Below, in pieces: positions 19,761 to 30,126 of a stretch of 57,238 bases of DNA. Both the position numbers and the translations under genes were made by a program. This DNA comes from an uncultured virus (IMG/VR IMGVR_UViG_3300025070_000012) (lineage: Duplodnaviria; Heunggongvirae; Uroviricota; Caudoviricetes), in IMG/VR virus record IMGVR_UViG_3300025070_000012, positions 62,001 to 119,238 of that record. One strand, written 5' to 3'. The notes under the pieces are model-generated. The model did not search any database, was not told the DNA's origin, and saw only the letters and a list, made by a program, of their open reading frames with translations. The first letter of the stretch is position 1. Each line of letters begins with the position of its first letter.

Positions 19761-19765
19761 AAACC

Positions 19766-21376
19766 ATGCAAGGTTATCTTGGTAATGTAAACTTAAAACG
19801 AATTGGCGAACAAATAGAATGGACACCTGATATGCTCAAAGAGTATATGAAGTGTGCAGACGATCCTATTTACTTTGCAAAAACATATATTAAAATTGTA
19901 CACGTTGACAAAGGATTGGTTCCTTTTGATATGTACGATTACCAAGAAGACATCACAAACAAAATTACTAATGGTCGCCGTGTTGCAGTTCTAACTGCAC
20001 GACAGTCTGGTAAGACAACAACAGCGACTGCAGTTATTCTTCATTACATTTTATTCAACGAGTTCAAGACAGTCGCAATCCTTGCGAACAAAGGTGACGC
20101 TGCCAAAGAAGTTATGGCACGTGTCAAACTCGCATACGAAGCATTACCAAAGTGGATGCAACAAGGTGTTGAAGAATGGAACAAAGGAAATATCGCATTA
20201 GAGAATGGATGTCAAGTCCTCGCAGGGACAACATCTTCTAGTGCAATTCGTGGTAAATCTGTGAACTTCCTCTATCTTGATGAGGTTGCATTCATTGAAG
20301 GATACGATGAGTTCTTCGCATCTGTTTACCCAACTATCTCATCTGGTGAGTCAACAAAACTTTTGATGACATCAACACCAAATGGGTTGAATCACTTCTA
20401 TAAAACCTGTAAGGGTGCAAAAGAAGGTACGAATGGTTATGATTATGTTGAAGTCAACTGGTCAGATGTGCCAGGACGTGACGAGGCTTGGAGACAAGAA
20501 ACTCTTGAAGCGTTAGATCATGATGAACAGAAATTCAGACAAGAATATTGTTGCGAGTTTCTGGGCAGTTCTGGTACGTTGATCAATGGTGCAAAGTTAA
20601 AAACCTTGACATACAATCAACCAATAGCAGAACAAGAAGGTCTCGTCCAGTACGAAAAACCTTTACAAGACCACACTTATGTTATTACCGTGGACGTATC
20701 TAGAGGCAAAGGATTGGATTACTCTACATTCTGTGTTATTGATATATCGGAAATGCCTTATAAACAAATATGCGTTTTTCGTGATAACTTCATCACGCCG
20801 GTGGACTATGCGTCTATTATATATAGAGTAGGAATGTTATATCACGAGGCCGCTGTTCTTGTCGAGATCAATGATATCGGAGAACAGGTTGCAGATGTTT
20901 TATTGATGGACTACGGATATGAAAATATTCTTTATACAGAAAACGCTGGGCGAATGGGAAAGAGGATATCAAGTGGATTCGGACGTGGCGTAGACAATGG
21001 CATAAGAACAACAAAAAGTGTAAAATCGGTGGGATGTTCTATCTTAAAAATGTTGATAGAGCAAGAACAATTGATCTTACAAGACTTTAATACAATTCAG
21101 GAATTATCACGTTTCTCGAAAAAGGGTGTATCTTACGAAGCAGAATCTGGCGCACATGATGATTTGGTAATGAATTTGGTAATATTCTCGTGGTTAACTG
21201 ATCAACTTTACTTTAAAGATTTGACAGATATCAACACGATGATGAAGTTGAGAGAAAAGACAGATGAACAAATAGAAGAAGATTTACTTCCATTTGGATT
21301 TATAGACGTAGGTGAAGACTTGCCACAGGCTGGATTCCAACCTGTGAAGAGACAGGATGAGGACTGGTTATTTTAA
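19766..21376 (+). CDS. gp17: Terminase large subunit gp17
   Basis: Walker A ARQSGKTT, Walker B LYLDEVAF, TSTPNG coupling motif, nuclease DVSRGKGLDYS and HDDLVM. Confidence 0.97.
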   Translation: MQGYLGNVNLKRIGEQIEWTPDMLKEYMKCADDPIYFAKTYIKIVHVDKGLVPFDMYDYQEDITNKITNGRRVAVLTARQSGKTTTATAVILHYILFNEFKTVAILANKGDAAKEVMARVKLAYEALPKWMQQGVEEWNKGNIALENGCQVLAGTTSSSAIRGKSVNFLYLDEVAFIEGYDEFFASVYPTISSGESTKLLMTSTPNGLNHFYKTCKGAKEGTNGYDYVEVNWSDVPGRDEAWRQETLEALDHDEQKFRQEYCCEFLGSSGTLINGAKLKTLTYNQPIAEQEGLVQYEKPLQDHTYVITVDVSRGKGLDYSTFCVIDISEMPYKQICVFRDNFITPVDYASIIYRVGMLYHEAAVLVEINDIGEQVADVLLMDYGYENILYTENAGRMGKRISSGFGRGVDNGIRTTKSVKSVGCSILKMLIEQEQLILQDFNTIQELSRFSKKGVSYEAESGAHDDLVMNLVIFSWLTDQLYFKDLTDINTMMKLREKTDEQIEEDLLPFGFIDVGEDLPQAGFQPVKRQDEDWLF

Positions 21377-21388
21377 ACCTTTTGTTTT

Positions 21389-21396
21389 TATAAATA
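21389..21396 (+). promoter_or_regulatory. T4-type late promoter
   Basis: TATAAATA upstream of gp18. Confidence 0.75.
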
Positions 21397-21449
21397 AAAA
21401 CAGTGATATGAACTGATAAAAAAACTAAATTTATTCAAAGGAGAAAAAT

Positions 21450-23411
21450 ATGGCTTTTTCCGTAAGTCCTTCCGTCATAGTTCGAGAAGTAGATGCGAGC
21501 CAAGTCGTCCCAGCCATTGCAACGCCCCCAGCTGCAATTGCGGGCGTATTTCGCTGGGGCCCTACTAACGAACCAATTCTTATTACTTCAGAGACTCAAC
21601 TCGTAGATCGTTTTGGTAAGCCAGGCGATGACAACTACGAAACATTCTTTACAGCAGCTGACTATCTTGCATATTCCAACGCATTGTTCGTTGCACGTGC
21701 AGAAACCTCTGGCTCCGCTAAGGCAGATGCATACGACTATGTATTCTTCCCAGCAAACACAATTATCGCAAACACAGACGTGTCTGGAACTTTAGATACT
21801 GCAAACTCAACGTTTGCTGCATTCGAAGCGAAACATATCGGTGATTTGGGTAACGCAATTGATGTTGCATACGTAAAGGGCGCAGAGTTTGAAGAATCGG
21901 TAATAGATGTAGGCGATATTCCAAATCAACAGATCTTATATACAGGAACTGTTGCACAACAGACTATCGGATTTGCTGGAACAACAATGACGTTCCAAGT
22001 TGCAAATACCTCACAACTGACATCAATTAATAGCGGTGATACAATTGTTATTGGTAACGACTCAGTCGGTTATCAACAGTTGAACATTACTACACTAGTA
22101 GAAACAGCGTATGACGCAACATACACACCAACTGCAAACTCTGCAGCGATTGCGATATACGAATACGATTTCACATTCGACAGAAAGTATACTCTTGCAG
22201 AAACTGCATTGAATAAACTGAAAATCGATAGAGAGTGGAAATACGCAAACCTATTTGGTAAAGCGGCAGACGCAAACAACTACCACATTGCAGTCATCGA
22301 CAGAACTGGTGATATCGGTGGAGTAAGAGGTTCAGTACTAGAAAAGTTCGAAAACCTTTCAACTACTCCAGGCGCTACAACCTCAGATGGACGCACAAAC
22401 TACTACAATGATGTGATTACAAATCTCTCAGCGTGGGTAAATGTGGCAAACAACGCACACTTCGAAGCAGCAACAACTGCATACGAAGTTCTTTCTGGTG
22501 GATCTGATGGTACTGCAGAAGGTTCTGCATCATTCGGTGCAACTGCTCTTGCAATTGATTCATTCCAGAGTGCAAACGAAATCGACATCTCTTTCATCCT
22601 ACAGGGTAAAGGTGATGACAATGGTCAGATCGCAAACTACATCATTTCAAATATCGCAGACACTAGACGTGACTGTGTTGCATTTGTTTCACCTTCGAAA
22701 GAAGCAGTGGTAGATACACTGAAAACAAACGCTAAAATGACGAAGGTAATTGAATATCGAAATAAACTTACTGCATCATCTTATATGATGATGGATAGTG
22801 GGTATAAATATCGGTATGACAAATACAATGATCAATATCGTTGGACTCCATTGAACGGTGACATGGCAGGTCTGTGTTCACGAGTTCAAGTCTTTGAATC
22901 TCCGGCAGGTTATCGTAAGGGTGTAATCAAGAATGTTATCAAACTTGCATTCAACCCGAACAAATCACAAAGAGATCAACTGTACAGTTCAGATGTGAAC
23001 CCAGTTATTTCACAGGTAGGACAAGGTATTTTGTTGTTTGGTGACAAGACTGGACAAGGTTTTGCAAGTGCATTTGATAGGATTAACGTACGTAGATTGT
23101 TTATCGCAGTCGAAAAATCAATTGCAACTGCAGCGCAATCGTTCTTGTTTGAACTTAATGACGAGTTTACGCAAACTCAGTTCCGCAACATTGTAGAACC
23201 GTTCTTGCGTGAGATACAAGGTAGACGAGGAATCATCGATTTCAGAGTCGTATCAGATGCAACTGTGAACACACCACAGGTCATTGATGCAAACATGTTT
23301 AAAGCGAGTATCTTCATTAAACCTGCCCGTTCAATTAACGTAATCGAACTTACATTTGTCGCAACAAGATCTGGAGTCGAATTCGACGAGATCGTTGGAC
23401 AGTTGACTTAA
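21450..23411 (+). CDS. gp18: Tail sheath protein gp18
   Basis: SPSVIVREVD, FRWGP, YKYRYDKYND, FDRINVRRLF, IKPARSINVIELTFVATRSGVEF. Confidence 0.97.
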   Translation: MAFSVSPSVIVREVDASQVVPAIATPPAAIAGVFRWGPTNEPILITSETQLVDRFGKPGDDNYETFFTAADYLAYSNALFVARAETSGSAKADAYDYVFFPANTIIANTDVSGTLDTANSTFAAFEAKHIGDLGNAIDVAYVKGAEFEESVIDVGDIPNQQILYTGTVAQQTIGFAGTTMTFQVANTSQLTSINSGDTIVIGNDSVGYQQLNITTLVETAYDATYTPTANSAAIAIYEYDFTFDRKYTLAETALNKLKIDREWKYANLFGKAADANNYHIAVIDRTGDIGGVRGSVLEKFENLSTTPGATTSDGRTNYYNDVITNLSAWVNVANNAHFEAATTAYEVLSGGSDGTAEGSASFGATALAIDSFQSANEIDISFILQGKGDDNGQIANYIISNIADTRRDCVAFVSPSKEAVVDTLKTNAKMTKVIEYRNKLTASSYMMMDSGYKYRYDKYNDQYRWTPLNGDMAGLCSRVQVFESPAGYRKGVIKNVIKLAFNPNKSQRDQLYSSDVNPVISQVGQGILLFGDKTGQGFASAFDRINVRRLFIAVEKSIATAAQSFLFELNDEFTQTQFRNIVEPFLREIQGRRGIIDFRVVSDATVNTPQVIDANMFKASIFIKPARSINVIELTFVATRSGVEFDEIVGQLT

Positions 23412-23424
23412 GGAGAGGTAAGAT

Positions 23425-23958
23425 ATGGCTTTTAACATAAACGAGTTTAAATCGGAACTGACAGGTGGAGGCGCACGCCCCACCCTGTTCCAATGTCAGA
23501 TCACAAACCCGATTGTTCCAGCCGCAGACTTTAAATTCCCTTTCATGGCAAAGGCAGCAGGGATCCCAGAATCAACTCTGGGAACCTACACTGTTCCTTA
23601 CTTTGGACGAGAAGTTAAATATGCAGGTGACAGAACATTCGGTGATTGGACAGTGACGATTATCAACGATGAAGACTTCTTGATTCGTAACGCAATGGAA
23701 ACATGGTCTAACAGTATCGCAGCACATGATGCGAACACTAGAACACTTCCACAAGATTACAAATCAAATGGTTTGATAACACAGTATTCAAAAGATGGAT
23801 CTCCATTACGTACATACATTTTTGAAGGTATGTTCCCATTGTCAATCTCAGAGATTGCGATGGACTGGAGTTCTACAGACCAGATCGAAGAATTTACCGT
23901 CACGTTCCAGTACGACTTTTGGCGAGTAGAGGGTGCGACTGGTATTTCTACTTCTTAA
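23425..23958 (+). CDS. gp19: Tail tube protein gp19
   Basis: GGARPTLF, YFGREVKYAGDRTF, WTVTIINDEDF, IEEFTVTFQYD. Confidence 0.95.
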   Translation: MAFNINEFKSELTGGGARPTLFQCQITNPIVPAADFKFPFMAKAAGIPESTLGTYTVPYFGREVKYAGDRTFGDWTVTIINDEDFLIRNAMETWSNSIAAHDANTRTLPQDYKSNGLITQYSKDGSPLRTYIFEGMFPLSISEIAMDWSSTDQIEEFTVTFQYDFWRVEGATGISTS

Positions 23959-23977
23959 TATTTTATAGGATGATATA

Positions 23978-25501
23978 ATGCGAATTTTTGGTTTTGAAAT
24001 CAAGAGGCAATTAGACGGAGAGGAACAGGCGCAACCTGTTTCTTTCGTCGAGCCTCAAAATGATGACGGTGCGATTACAGTCGGTAACGCACTTGGTGGA
24101 TTTTATGGTACTATGTTGGACATGGAAGGTTCTGCTAAAACAGAATCTGAACTTGTCACAAAGTATCGACATATGGCAATGCAGCCTGAGATTGCACAGG
24201 CGATTGACGAAGTTATCAACGAAGCAATTTCGGTAGATAGTTACGATCAAGTTGTCGAAATCATCTTGGATGAAATCGATTTGCCAGACAAAATCAAAGA
24301 AGCTGTACAAGAAGAATTTGAAAACGTGTTGAGTCTTATGGACTTTACTAATACCGCATATGATTTATTCAGTAGGTTCTACGTAGATGGAAGACTTAAT
24401 TTTCACATTATCATTGATGAAGAAGATCTTAAAAGAGGAGTTGTGGAACTCCGATACGTTGACCCAAGAAAAATCAAACTCATTCGTGAGATTGACAAGA
24501 AGGCAAGAGATGGCGCCTCAGGCATCCCTACCAAGAAAGTAAAGAACGAATACTACATTTATTCGGACACAGGTTTTGGAAACAGTTCAACCAATATGGG
24601 TGGACGTGATAACACACACAGAATATCAAAAGACTCAGTAGCTCGTGTGACATCTGGTTTGATGAATGAAAGTAACTCTTTGGTTCTTGGTCAATTACAC
24701 CCAGCAATCAAACCTCTCAACCAGTTAAGAATGTTGGAAGACGCAACTGTCATCTATACGTTGACTCGTGCACCAGAGAGACGAATCTTTTATATCGACG
24801 TTGGTAACCTTCCAAAGGCGAAGGCAGAACAATACCTACGTGATATGATGGTACGTCATAAGAACAAACTGCAGTATAACTCTGCAACTGGTGAAATCAC
24901 TGATGCCCGTAAGATGATGACAATGACAGAAGACTTCTGGTTCCCTCGTCGTGGTGGTGAGAGATCTACAGAGGTTGATACTCTTGCAGGCGGTGGTGCA
25001 CAGGCACTTTCAACTGACGAGAACCTACAGTATTTCCAACGTAAATTATACAAATCACTTAAGGTTCCAATTTCGAGACTTGAACCAGAAACTATGGCTA
25101 CATTTGGTCGTGTATCTGAGATCACTCGTGATGAACTTAAGTTTGGTAAATTTATTCGTCGTGTTCGTGCTCGTTTCTCTGGAATATTCAATATCATCCT
25201 AGAGAAACAATTGATTCTTAAGGGTGTAATGGGCCCAGAAGAATTTGAAGAAATCAAAAACCAAATTCGTTATGATTTCATAAAGGACAACTACTTCGAA
25301 GAACTCAAACAGTCTGAGATTATTCGTGAACGTATGACAACTCTAAGAGATGTTGAAGAACATGTTGGTGTTTACTATTCACGTAGTTGGGTAGTCAAGA
25401 ATATCTTGATGATGTCTGAAGAAGAATTCAAAGACGAACGTGAACAGATTGAAACTGAAAAAGAAGAATTCGGTTCAGCCGAAGATGAATTTGACGTTTA
25501 A
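23978..25501 (+). CDS. gp20: Portal vertex protein gp20
   Basis: NQLRMLEDATVIY, RAPERRIFYIDVGNLPKAKAEQYL, EDFWFPRRGG, EITRDELKF. Confidence 0.97.
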   Translation: MRIFGFEIKRQLDGEEQAQPVSFVEPQNDDGAITVGNALGGFYGTMLDMEGSAKTESELVTKYRHMAMQPEIAQAIDEVINEAISVDSYDQVVEIILDEIDLPDKIKEAVQEEFENVLSLMDFTNTAYDLFSRFYVDGRLNFHIIIDEEDLKRGVVELRYVDPRKIKLIREIDKKARDGASGIPTKKVKNEYYIYSDTGFGNSSTNMGGRDNTHRISKDSVARVTSGLMNESNSLVLGQLHPAIKPLNQLRMLEDATVIYTLTRAPERRIFYIDVGNLPKAKAEQYLRDMMVRHKNKLQYNSATGEITDARKMMTMTEDFWFPRRGGERSTEVDTLAGGGAQALSTDENLQYFQRKLYKSLKVPISRLEPETMATFGRVSEITRDELKFGKFIRRVRARFSGIFNIILEKQLILKGVMGPEEFEEIKNQIRYDFIKDNYFEELKQSEIIRERMTTLRDVEEHVGVYYSRSWVVKNILMMSEEEFKDEREQIETEKEEFGSAEDEFDV

Positions 25502-25541
25502 TAAATAAAACTAATAGATTAAGAGATATAGGAACAGAACA

Positions 25542-26459
25542 ATGAAATCCTTTAAAGACATATTCACGGTTAAAGAGGTTGCACAACCTAACAACCCAGA
25601 GGAACAAAAGTTCAAAGATCAACACAAGATTCAAGTCTTTGATCATCCTGTGGCCGAACCTAGTCAGTTCACTGGAGAGATTCAGGGCAAAGGTCGTGCA
25701 TTGAAACGTCTTTCTGATTATGTTGCAGGCGAAGATGAAAAGGTCTATGACCAAGCATACGAAGAAAGTGCGGATGCAGAAGACGACGATGAGGAGTCTG
25801 AGAGTCTACAGGAAAAAGCTGTATCTAAGTCACAACAGAAGTTGATGGCGATGGCTCTTGCCTTTAAACGTGGTGAGATGGAAGACGACGAAGCATCTGA
25901 TGAGGTCAAAGAACTTGCGAAGTCTATGTCTGAAAAAGACTTAGAGGATTTTGCAAAGACCAAACATAAAGGGATGCCAGATAAAGTCGCAGAGGCAATT
26001 GATGCGTTGGTTATGGAAAATCCACAACAGGAAATTCCAATGATGCGCCAACAGTTGGCATTCATCGTATACGCTGCGAGAGAAATCGATGACTATCTAA
26101 TGGAAGTATCGGATCCAGAAGAATGGTATCAAAACAAACTTGCATATGCTTTTGCACAGATGAAAAGTCTACATGCATATGCAGAAGGTGAAATGTCTAT
26201 GATGGATCGTCCATCAGACGAAGACCAGTACAATGCATCTTATGGTGGTTACTACGAGTCAATCCAAGAAGCATTTAAACAGGGTAAGATGAAACTGAAA
26301 GACGGTAAGACTGTTAATCTATCTAAAGACGATGCAGCTGCATTGGAAAGTATGATGAAATCAGTCGGTGCTAAAAACCGTAAACAGATGGAAGCGGATC
26401 TGATGAAGAACGCAAAGACGTTCGCAGAGATGTTGAAGTTTGCGAAGGAAGCATCCTAA
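25542..26459 (+). CDS. Probable prohead core protein (gp67/gp68 position) with a DUF3008-like segment
   Basis: Between gp20 and gp21, ATAAATA upstream, acidic. AVSKSQQKLMAMALAFKRGE...MSEKDLEDFAKTKHKGMP resembles DUF3008. Confidence 0.6.
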   Translation: MKSFKDIFTVKEVAQPNNPEEQKFKDQHKIQVFDHPVAEPSQFTGEIQGKGRALKRLSDYVAGEDEKVYDQAYEESADAEDDDEESESLQEKAVSKSQQKLMAMALAFKRGEMEDDEASDEVKELAKSMSEKDLEDFAKTKHKGMPDKVAEAIDALVMENPQQEIPMMRQQLAFIVYAAREIDDYLMEVSDPEEWYQNKLAYAFAQMKSLHAYAEGEMSMMDRPSDEDQYNASYGGYYESIQEAFKQGKMKLKDGKTVNLSKDDAAALESMMKSVGAKNRKQMEADLMKNAKTFAEMLKFAKEAS

Positions 26460-26693
26460 ATGGCATACGTTGTAGTCCCAGGCAGTAACAATATTTGGGA
26501 ATACGACAACGCTGCACTTGCGAGTGACAGTGACACATATGACGATATGAACGGAACAGTGTCGGGTGGAGTTAGATCTTTCACCCCACCAAATGGTGGT
26601 AATACACAAGAAACCTACATTAGATGTAGGAAGGTGGGTGAGACAACCGTTCGTGGAGAATTGAATAAGAATTACTACGATGCACGTGTTTAG
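26460..26693 (+). CDS. Hypothetical protein in the head module
   Basis: 77 aa, abuts the upstream stop. Confidence 0.55.
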   Translation: MAYVVVPGSNNIWEYDNAALASDSDTYDDMNGTVSGGVRSFTPPNGGNTQETYIRCRKVGETTVRGELNKNYYDARV

Positions 26694-26714
26694 TGGCATA
26701 TAAGTCGTAAAATT

Positions 26715-26722
26715 TATAAATA
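26715..26722 (+). promoter_or_regulatory. T4-type late promoter
   Basis: TATAAATA upstream of gp21. Confidence 0.75.
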
Positions 26723-26754
26723 AAAGAAATTAATTCGTTGAGAGGAATAGAGAC

Positions 26755-27441
26755 ATGAAGCTCATTTCAGAAGTTACAGAGGACATGAATGTTCTCACAG
26801 AACTAGATGAAGCGACTAATAAAAAGAACTTCTTTATTGAGGGTATCTTCATGCAAGGTAACCTCAAGAATCGTAATGGTCGTATCTATCCTAGTGAGGT
26901 TCTAGAATCAGAAATGAACCGTTATCAAAAAGACTTCATTGACACGAAGCGTGCCCTTGGTGAGTTAGGTCACCCAGACGGCCCTCAAATCAATGGAGAT
27001 AGAGTTTCTCACCTGATCACACAGATGAATAGGGAAGGAAATGATTTCTACGGAAAGGCCAAGATTCTTGGTACTCCTATGGGAGAAATCGTAAAGACGT
27101 TTATCGACGAAGGTGTTCGTTGTGGAGTATCCACACGTGGACTAGGATCTGTTAAACAGAAGAATGGCGTAATGGAAGTCCAACCAGACTTTCATCTTGC
27201 AACAGTAGATATCGTTACAGACCCATCAGCGCCTAATGCGTTTGTAAATGGTATTATGGAAAATACAGAATTCTACTATGATGTTGCGTCTAGCAACTGG
27301 ATTGCAACCCAACCAGTTGAGGAAGTAATTGAAGAAATTCAAGAAACTGTTGAAAAGACATACAGGACGGTAACGAAGCGTATCGACGAGTCAACAGCGG
27401 CAAGGATGTTTGAAACATTTATTCGTTCGTTAAGAAACTGA
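26755..27441 (+). CDS. gp21: Prohead protease gp21
   Basis: IEGIFMQ...NRNGRIYP, ALGELGHP, GVSTRGLGS, DIVTDPSAPNAFV. Confidence 0.97.
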   Translation: MKLISEVTEDMNVLTELDEATNKKNFFIEGIFMQGNLKNRNGRIYPSEVLESEMNRYQKDFIDTKRALGELGHPDGPQINGDRVSHLITQMNREGNDFYGKAKILGTPMGEIVKTFIDEGVRCGVSTRGLGSVKQKNGVMEVQPDFHLATVDIVTDPSAPNAFVNGIMENTEFYYDVASSNWIATQPVEEVIEEIQETVEKTYRTVTKRIDESTAARMFETFIRSLRN

Positions 27442-27446
27442 ATTTT

Positions 27447-27454
27447 TATAAATA
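27447..27454 (+). promoter_or_regulatory. T4-type late promoter
   Basis: TATAAATA upstream of gp22. Confidence 0.7.
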
Positions 27455-27498
27455 CTTTTTGTAATAAATAAATCAAATCAGATTTAAGGAGAAAAACA

Positions 27499-28473
27499 AT
27501 GGCAGATGAAAAGAAAATTGTCTCTGACGATGGTGTTTCAACAGCTGCAGGCGCAGTTACACCTGAAGGCGGTTCAGACAAAAAAAGAAAAGCTGATTCT
27601 GCAAAAGGCGATAAAGCACCTAAAACTTTGAAAGCAGGATACAAAGAAGACGCTGATGTATCTGAAAATGAAGAAGTAGTTGCTGAGTCACCAGAGTCAG
27701 AAGAAGTAATCGAAGAGATCGTTGTAGAAGAGTCAATTGCTGACATCTTCGAAGGCATGGATCTCTCAGAAGAATTCAGAAACAAGGTAACAGTTGTTTT
27801 TGAGGCTGCAGTTAACGAAAGTGTTTCGCAGAAAGTTCAGAAGATTGAAGAAGAACTTAACGAGAGACTAGAGTCAGAGTTGGCTGAAGCAGTGGAATCT
27901 AAAGTTGGCGACATGGTCGAAAACTTGGATGCATATCTTGACTATGTGGTTTCAGAATGGATGGAGGAAAATGAAGTTGCTATCGAAGCTGGAATTAAAG
28001 TAGAGATGGCAGAGTCTTTGATGGACGGTTTGAAAGATTTGTTCTCAGAACACAACATCAAAGTAGACGAAGAAACATATGATATCGTTTCAGAACTCGA
28101 AGAAGAAATGAAAGATCTTGAAGAGAAGTCAAACAAAGTTGTAGACGAAAATATCCGTCTTACAAAAGAAGTTTCTGATCTTCATGCTGGAGTTGTTTTC
28201 GAGGAAATGACGAGTGAGCTCAATATGTCTCAGCGTGAAAGACTGAAAGTTCTTTCTGAGAATTTAGATGCAAGTGATCTAGATGCTTATAAAGAGAATC
28301 TTTCTACTATTAAAGAGTCATTCTTCAAGGAAACGAATGTTTCTCCGAAAGACGATGTTGTTGACGAAGAAGACGAAGTAATGATTGAAGAGACAGAGAT
28401 TAAAAAACCAATCTCTGAAGATCGCACAATCAATGCTCTCGTTGAGGCTCTCAACTCAAGAAAATCTAAATAA
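27499..28473 (+). CDS. gp22: Prohead scaffolding / core protein gp22
   Basis: Acidic coiled coil; LSEEFRNKVTVVFEAAV, LDAYLDYVVSEWMEENEVAIE; synteny. Confidence 0.92.
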   Translation: MADEKKIVSDDGVSTAAGAVTPEGGSDKKRKADSAKGDKAPKTLKAGYKEDADVSENEEVVAESPESEEVIEEIVVEESIADIFEGMDLSEEFRNKVTVVFEAAVNESVSQKVQKIEEELNERLESELAEAVESKVGDMVENLDAYLDYVVSEWMEENEVAIEAGIKVEMAESLMDGLKDLFSEHNIKVDEETYDIVSELEEEMKDLEEKSNKVVDENIRLTKEVSDLHAGVVFEEMTSELNMSQRERLKVLSENLDASDLDAYKENLSTIKESFFKETNVSPKDDVVDEEDEVMIEETEIKKPISEDRTINALVEALNSRKSK

Positions 28474-28496
28474 TTTAAAACTGAAAAAATAAATTT

Positions 28497-28504
28497 TATA
28501 AATA
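28497..28504 (+). promoter_or_regulatory. T4-type late promoter
   Basis: TATAAATA upstream of gp23. Confidence 0.75.
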
Positions 28505-28540
28505 AATTCAGTAAATAATCTACTAAGGAGATAGAAACAA

Positions 28541-29869
28541 ATGACACAGTCAAACTATCAAAAACTTGTGGAAAAGTGGGGCCCAATCCTTGAGCACGAA
28601 TCTTTTTCACCAATTGCAGATCAACACCGTAAAAGTGTAACTGCAACCATCCTTGAAAACACAGAGTCAGCTCTGCGCCAAGAGGGTGACGCTTCAGCAA
28701 ACATGACTGCACTTCTTTCAGAAGCGCCTGCAAACGATGTAGGTACTGATGGCGGATTTACAGGTGCGGCAACAGACGCAGGGCCAGGAGCAGGTTACGA
28801 TCCAGTACTTGTATCTTTGATCAGACGTTCTATGCCAAACTTGATTGCATATGACATTGCTGGTGTACAGCCAATGACAGGCCCAACTGGTCTGATCTTC
28901 GCAATGCGTTCACGTGAGACATCTCAGTCAGGTACTGAGGTATTCCACGGTGAAGCAGACACTACCTTCGCAGGTGCAGGTGCAGAAGCCGGTTCAACTG
29001 GTGGTGCAGTTCCTAACACTTCAATCTTCGACACTGGTACTGGTATGACCACTGCCGCTGGTGAAGCATTGGGTGACGGCAACGGAACCAACTTTGCAGA
29101 GATGGCGTTCTCAATTGAGAAAGTAACAGTCGCTGCGAAAACACGTGCGTTGAAAGCGGAATACACCACTGAACTCGCACAGGATCTTAAAGCAGTTCAC
29201 GGTCTCGACGCAGAGACAGAACTTGCGAACATCTTGCAGTCAGAAATTCTGACTGAAATCAACCGTGAAGTTGTACGTACAATCTACGGTACTGCTGTTG
29301 CAGGTGCTGCGGCAACTGCTGCTGCTGGTATCTTCGATCTTGACGTTGACGCAAACGGACGTTGGTCAGTCGAGAAGTTCAAAGGTCTGATGTTCCAAAT
29401 CGAACAGGAAGCAAACGCAATTGCAACTGCTACACGCAGAGGTAAAGGTAACATTGTGATCTGTTCTTCAGACGTTGCATCTGCTCTGCAGATGGCAGGT
29501 GTACTTGATTACACTCCTGCTCTTAACAGCAACTCACTGGAAGTTGACACAACTGGTAACACATTCGCTGGTGTTCTTAACGGACGTTACAGAGTGTACA
29601 TTGATCCATATGCTGGTTCAAACTACATGGTTGTTGGATACAAAGGTTCATCTGCATTCGATGCAGGTCTGTTCTACTGCCCATACGTACCACTACAGAT
29701 GGTTCGTGCCGTGGGTGAGAACTCATTCCAGCCAAAAATCGGGTTCAAAACTCGTTACGGTATGGTATCGAACCCATTCGCAGACGGTACTTCTGCTGCA
29801 ACACAGGGTGCTCTTACACAGAACACCAACCAGTACTACAGAAGAGTTCGCATCAGCAACTTGTTCTGA
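28541..29869 (+). CDS. gp23: Major capsid protein gp23
   Basis: LVEKWGPIL, GVQPMTGPTGLIFAMR, RALKAEYTTELAQDLKAVHGLDAETEL, YCPYVPLQM, FQPKIGFKTRYG. Confidence 0.98.
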   Translation: MTQSNYQKLVEKWGPILEHESFSPIADQHRKSVTATILENTESALRQEGDASANMTALLSEAPANDVGTDGGFTGAATDAGPGAGYDPVLVSLIRRSMPNLIAYDIAGVQPMTGPTGLIFAMRSRETSQSGTEVFHGEADTTFAGAGAEAGSTGGAVPNTSIFDTGTGMTTAAGEALGDGNGTNFAEMAFSIEKVTVAAKTRALKAEYTTELAQDLKAVHGLDAETELANILQSEILTEINREVVRTIYGTAVAGAAATAAAGIFDLDVDANGRWSVEKFKGLMFQIEQEANAIATATRRGKGNIVICSSDVASALQMAGVLDYTPALNSNSLEVDTTGNTFAGVLNGRYRVYIDPYAGSNYMVVGYKGSSAFDAGLFYCPYVPLQMVRAVGENSFQPKIGFKTRYGMVSNPFADGTSAATQGALTQNTNQYYRRVRISNLF

Positions 29870-29876
29870 TCCAAAT

Positions 29877-29902
29877 AAAAAGAAGGGCGGATATAACCGC
29901 CC
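29877..29902 (-). terminator. Intrinsic terminator for the convergent minus-strand genes
   Basis: Minus strand reads GGGCGG-TTATAT-CCGCCC-TTCTTTTT. Confidence 0.7.
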
Positions 29903-29921
29903 CACTTTACTACCAGAATTG

Positions 29922-29948
29922 GGGAGATCTTCGGATCTCCCTTTTTTT
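29922..29948 (+). terminator. Intrinsic terminator after gp23 with a cUUCGg tetraloop
   Basis: GGGAGATC-TTCG-GATCTCCC-TTTTTTT. Confidence 0.9.
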
Positions 29949-30126
29949 ATCGACTAACTAATGGCATGTTGTTTTGACTATCGTGGTAATCACCTGATTC
30001 ATAATAGTCTCGACACGCAGATTCCTTTACCATCATACCGTTCTTCATACGATATGTGACAATCTCTCTACGAACAACACCGTCTGTGTCTGCATCGAAT
30101 GCGGCTTTAAATGGGCCGTCTGTCAT
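29947..30126 (-). CDS. Hypothetical protein (59 aa, below the ORF-track cutoff)
   Basis: MTDGPFKAAFDADTDGVVRREIVTYRMKNGMMVKESACRDYYESGDYHDSQNNMPLVSR; AGGAG upstream, ATGA overlap with the upstream gene. Confidence 0.65.
   Translation of the reverse strand: MTDGPFKAAFDADTDGVVRREIVTYRMKNGMMVKESACRDYYESGDYHDSQNNMPLVSR

Noticed and set aside
19766..29869. Introns, inteins or homing endonucleases in gp17, gp18, gp20 or gp23
   Set aside because: All are uninterrupted and of ordinary length for T4-like phages.
38..29957. Many short antisense and alternate-frame ORFs in the ORF track (e.g. 853..1236, 27339..27785, 29475..29957)
   Set aside because: They overlap well-supported genes, lack RBS and motifs, and are the expected shadows of biased codon usage.
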